A stretch of 64,000 nt of DNA from Orbicella franksi (lineage: Eukaryota): assembly GCA_964199315.1 (NCBI GenBank), contig OZ116703.1, positions 5,766,001 through 5,830,000 of the forward strand. The letters are read 5' to 3'. The position numbers and the translations under genes are program-made. Shown in pieces: positions 61,201-64,000 of this stretch (positions are counted from its first letter, which is position 1; each line of letters begins with the position of its first letter). Under the pieces are notes generated by a model. The model had not been told where the DNA came from, did not search any database, and was given only the letters and a program-made list of their open reading frames with translations.

Positions 61201-61577
61201 TTGTTTTACAATCGATATATCCATTCGCTGTTGCTGAATCTGTATATACCTGTGAATTGAGAAATTTGTGTAATTGTTATTGAAAATTTAGTTTGTAAAC
61301 AAGTATCTCAGTAGAGCAAAATGTTCATGGCCTGTGTTGTGTTGAAGGTCTTGAATTTATCAGGCAAGAACACATTTTAGCAGTTTAGCTAACTTGTTTT
61401 GCAATCACTATATCCATTTGCTGGTGCTGAGTCTGTATATACCTGTGAACTGAGAGAATTGTGTAATAATTATTGAAAATTTAATTTGTAAACAAGTGTC
61501 ATGTTAGAGCAAAATGTTCATGGCATTTGTTGTGTCAAGGGTCTTGAATTTATCAGACAAGAACACATTTTAGCAGT
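61201..61577 (+). repeat. Two-copy tandem duplication, period 193 bp
   Basis: 61201-61384 aligns to 61394-61577 (tatatccatt...gaatttatcag.caagaacacattttagcagt). Confidence 0.85.
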
Positions 61578-61906
61578 CGAATTAAGTTGTTGAGCATTGT
61601 GAAGGAAGATTTATGTGAATTTGATTTTGGGGTTTCCATCCTCATACTGTTAGTATTACAAATATTCATATTTTGGTTGCATACTGAAGTATTTGCTTAT
61701 TCAATCTTTTATTTTGCATTTGTCTTAGAATTTTCTGGAGTTGATACCACTCCTATAGGAAGACCAAGTTTCTCTTACAGTGGTAAGATATTTTGAGGGC
61801 TTTGTTATAGCATTATGCATGAAATATGTAAAACCAATGCCTCTGTAAACCTGTTTGGAGGGGGGTAAGTTTTTTTGGCGGAAAGGTCTGTTTGATCAGT
61901 TATTTT

Positions 61907-62160
61907 GAGGTTCATGGCTAAAGGGCTAGTGCTGTGAACTCTGGATCCAGTGCTCTGTGTACATAGGCACTGTGCTGTGTTTTGGTCTTCGGCAAGATAC
62001 TAAGGTCTTCTCTGCCTTACATGTGTACGTCACACAGGAACACAACTAGGTGCCGAAGAATTGTTGAGGCCCCGACAGAATGCGAGTAGGAGCGGGGAAA
62101 AACCTGTAGTGGACTAGCATCCCTTCCAGGGGAGGTAGCAATACTCTTAGTTTCCTGTTA
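61907..62160 (+). mobile_element. Degenerate SINE family A
   Basis: Tail gtggactagcatcccttccaggggaggtagcaatactcttag matches the 19387-19605 copy. Confidence 0.6.
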
Positions 62161-64000
62161 TTGTGGTCAAGTTCTAAATGCCATTTTTTGAGCCATGCCC
62201 TCTCGCTAATTTTACAACCACGTTGTAAAGTTTCAACTGCAATTTTTCCTACATATTTAACCTGCCAAAAAAATGCTTTTGCCAAACTTAGCCCAAATGT
62301 TTCTTTCTCGCTTCTTTATTGGTGCATTCTTATCTCTCTCTCTCAATTTGCATTGTCTCTTCATTGTCTATATCTTCGTCCTTCCGCCGGAAACATTGTT
62401 GTTTGAAGATAACACTGCATTTTAGAGTTCTGGTTTTCCAATAATCTTGTTACAAATTCCCGTTAGATCCATATTGATGACTCAAGTGCACATGTGTTTT
62501 AGACCTTGAGCTTACTCGAGAACTTTCCTGCACCAGACATGACAACATTAATCATTCAGTTCTTAGCCGCAGGCTTAATGCATGACTGAGTTCTTAATAG
62601 TAATTATTCTAATTTATACATTAGAGCAACAAACGTCAACTTGTATGCCGTAAATCGATTCGCCGAAACCACTGGCATACACATTTAGCGTTTTCTCGAA
62701 CTTTCTGATACATACTCGTTCGAAAAGCCTGTAAAAGGAATCTTCGTTGTCGTTTATTGAGGCACCAGAAAGAAAGCATAAGTTTTTAGAAGTTTGGCTG
62801 AGTGTTGACTTAAGAAATCTGTAGATTTATACGTGATTCCTGTTGCCATTATTTTACTCGCCATTGTAAGTAGGAACGCCCTTGTTCCTAACGTAGTCTC
62901 GTCAAAATATTGTTCCTTCACTCATAACATAATACTTACGCGCCGTCAGTAGGATTTAAGTCTTTTTGTTCGGCGAATTGACGCATTCACCTTATTGACA
63001 TGAAAACAATCCGATATTTGTTTTTCGTGACTAAAGAAATTTCTAGTCGGATTAGATTATAGTCGGGGCAGCGACTTTTATGATTTGCTACCCACCTTTC
63101 GTCGCTTATGTTTAGTTCGCTACGAAGTGAACAGCAAGGACTTTGTAAAACTCAAGAACATCTCTTTCTTCAATGCATGTTCTGGTTGTGCCGGTTCCAC
63201 GGCACATAACTCTCCGTCATCGTAGTAAGTATATTTGTCAAATGTTTGGTCTCTTGAAACGTTTTTTTTTTTTTCATACAGCAATTATGTTTATTCTTGT
63301 TGAATTCAAATCAGGTATTAGTATCGAGACTTTCTTTTGGGGTTGTATTTCTAACTTTCGGAGCACAATTTTTTTTTTCGCTTTAAATGTGTCGTTTCGT
63401 GATCTTTTTACTAGAAATTTGCCGTGTTCCAACTCGCCTTTGCATTATTTTGCTTTGTACCCGTTGCAGCGAAAAACTGTTTTCAAGATTTTTCGCACTA
63501 AAATAAAAATTTTCACGAACCCAGCTTAGCGTGGAGCGAAATCACTGACATCGTTCCTCATTACAATATTGTAAATTTATCAAAAATCACGCGAATGTTT
63601 TGTAGAGCTTTCGGGCACGCAACCTTGTCACGCTCGAAAAGTGATGCATTTGACATAACGTGACACAGCTCTGCTCTCAGCTCGCAAAGCGCGTGACGTT
63701 TGCGTGGCAGCAAGCAATTAAGGTGTGAGAACTTTGTTTGGTCTTATTTGGACATCGCGTTGTTTTCCAATTTTTTATTAGTAATTTTGTGAAAACGCCG
63801 AGCGGTTCGTTGCTACATCAAACTACTCTAGCTACTTCTTGCGTGAAACAGCGTTGGGGACAAACGATGAAAATGTTTTGTTTCGTAGGTTATTTCAACC
63901 GAGGTATGTGGAGATAATCTTCTCACCGTTTGCAGTCATTTGCCGTAATTTTCTTTCGTGTGAAAATCTGGTTTTTAAGTCGGACAAAAATTTATCTCAT

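Overview
Eukaryotic (animal) genomic DNA, AT-rich with GT-AG introns. The repeat families resemble those of stony corals; that assignment comes from pattern recall, not a search. Gene order: two tandem copies of an SLC49A4/DIRC2-like MFS transporter on + (copy 1 lacks its first exon in this window; copy 2 has lost about 430 nt of exon 2); C2CD5 on - (33 coding exons traced by hand, about 1091 aa), head-to-head with CPSF6/CFIm68 on + (16 coding exons, about 509 aa), start codons 369 bp apart; a TRIM-NHL gene (TRIM71/TRIM2/3-like, 4 coding exons, about 742 aa); and an unrecognised 571-codon ORF with a possible divergent N-terminal PH fold. Introns and intergenic DNA carry many MITEs, tRNA-derived SINEs and 5'-truncated LINE or Penelope-like remnants. 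The best lead is in the 4-kb CPSF6 intron that interrupts the RRM. It holds two candidate stop-containing alternative last exons, each followed by a dense cluster of UGUA, the motif bound by the CFIm complex that CPSF6 belongs to. One cluster ends in a canonical AATAAA with a GU-rich downstream element, suggesting negative autoregulation by intronic polyadenylation. All exon models were read manually and have no transcript support here.
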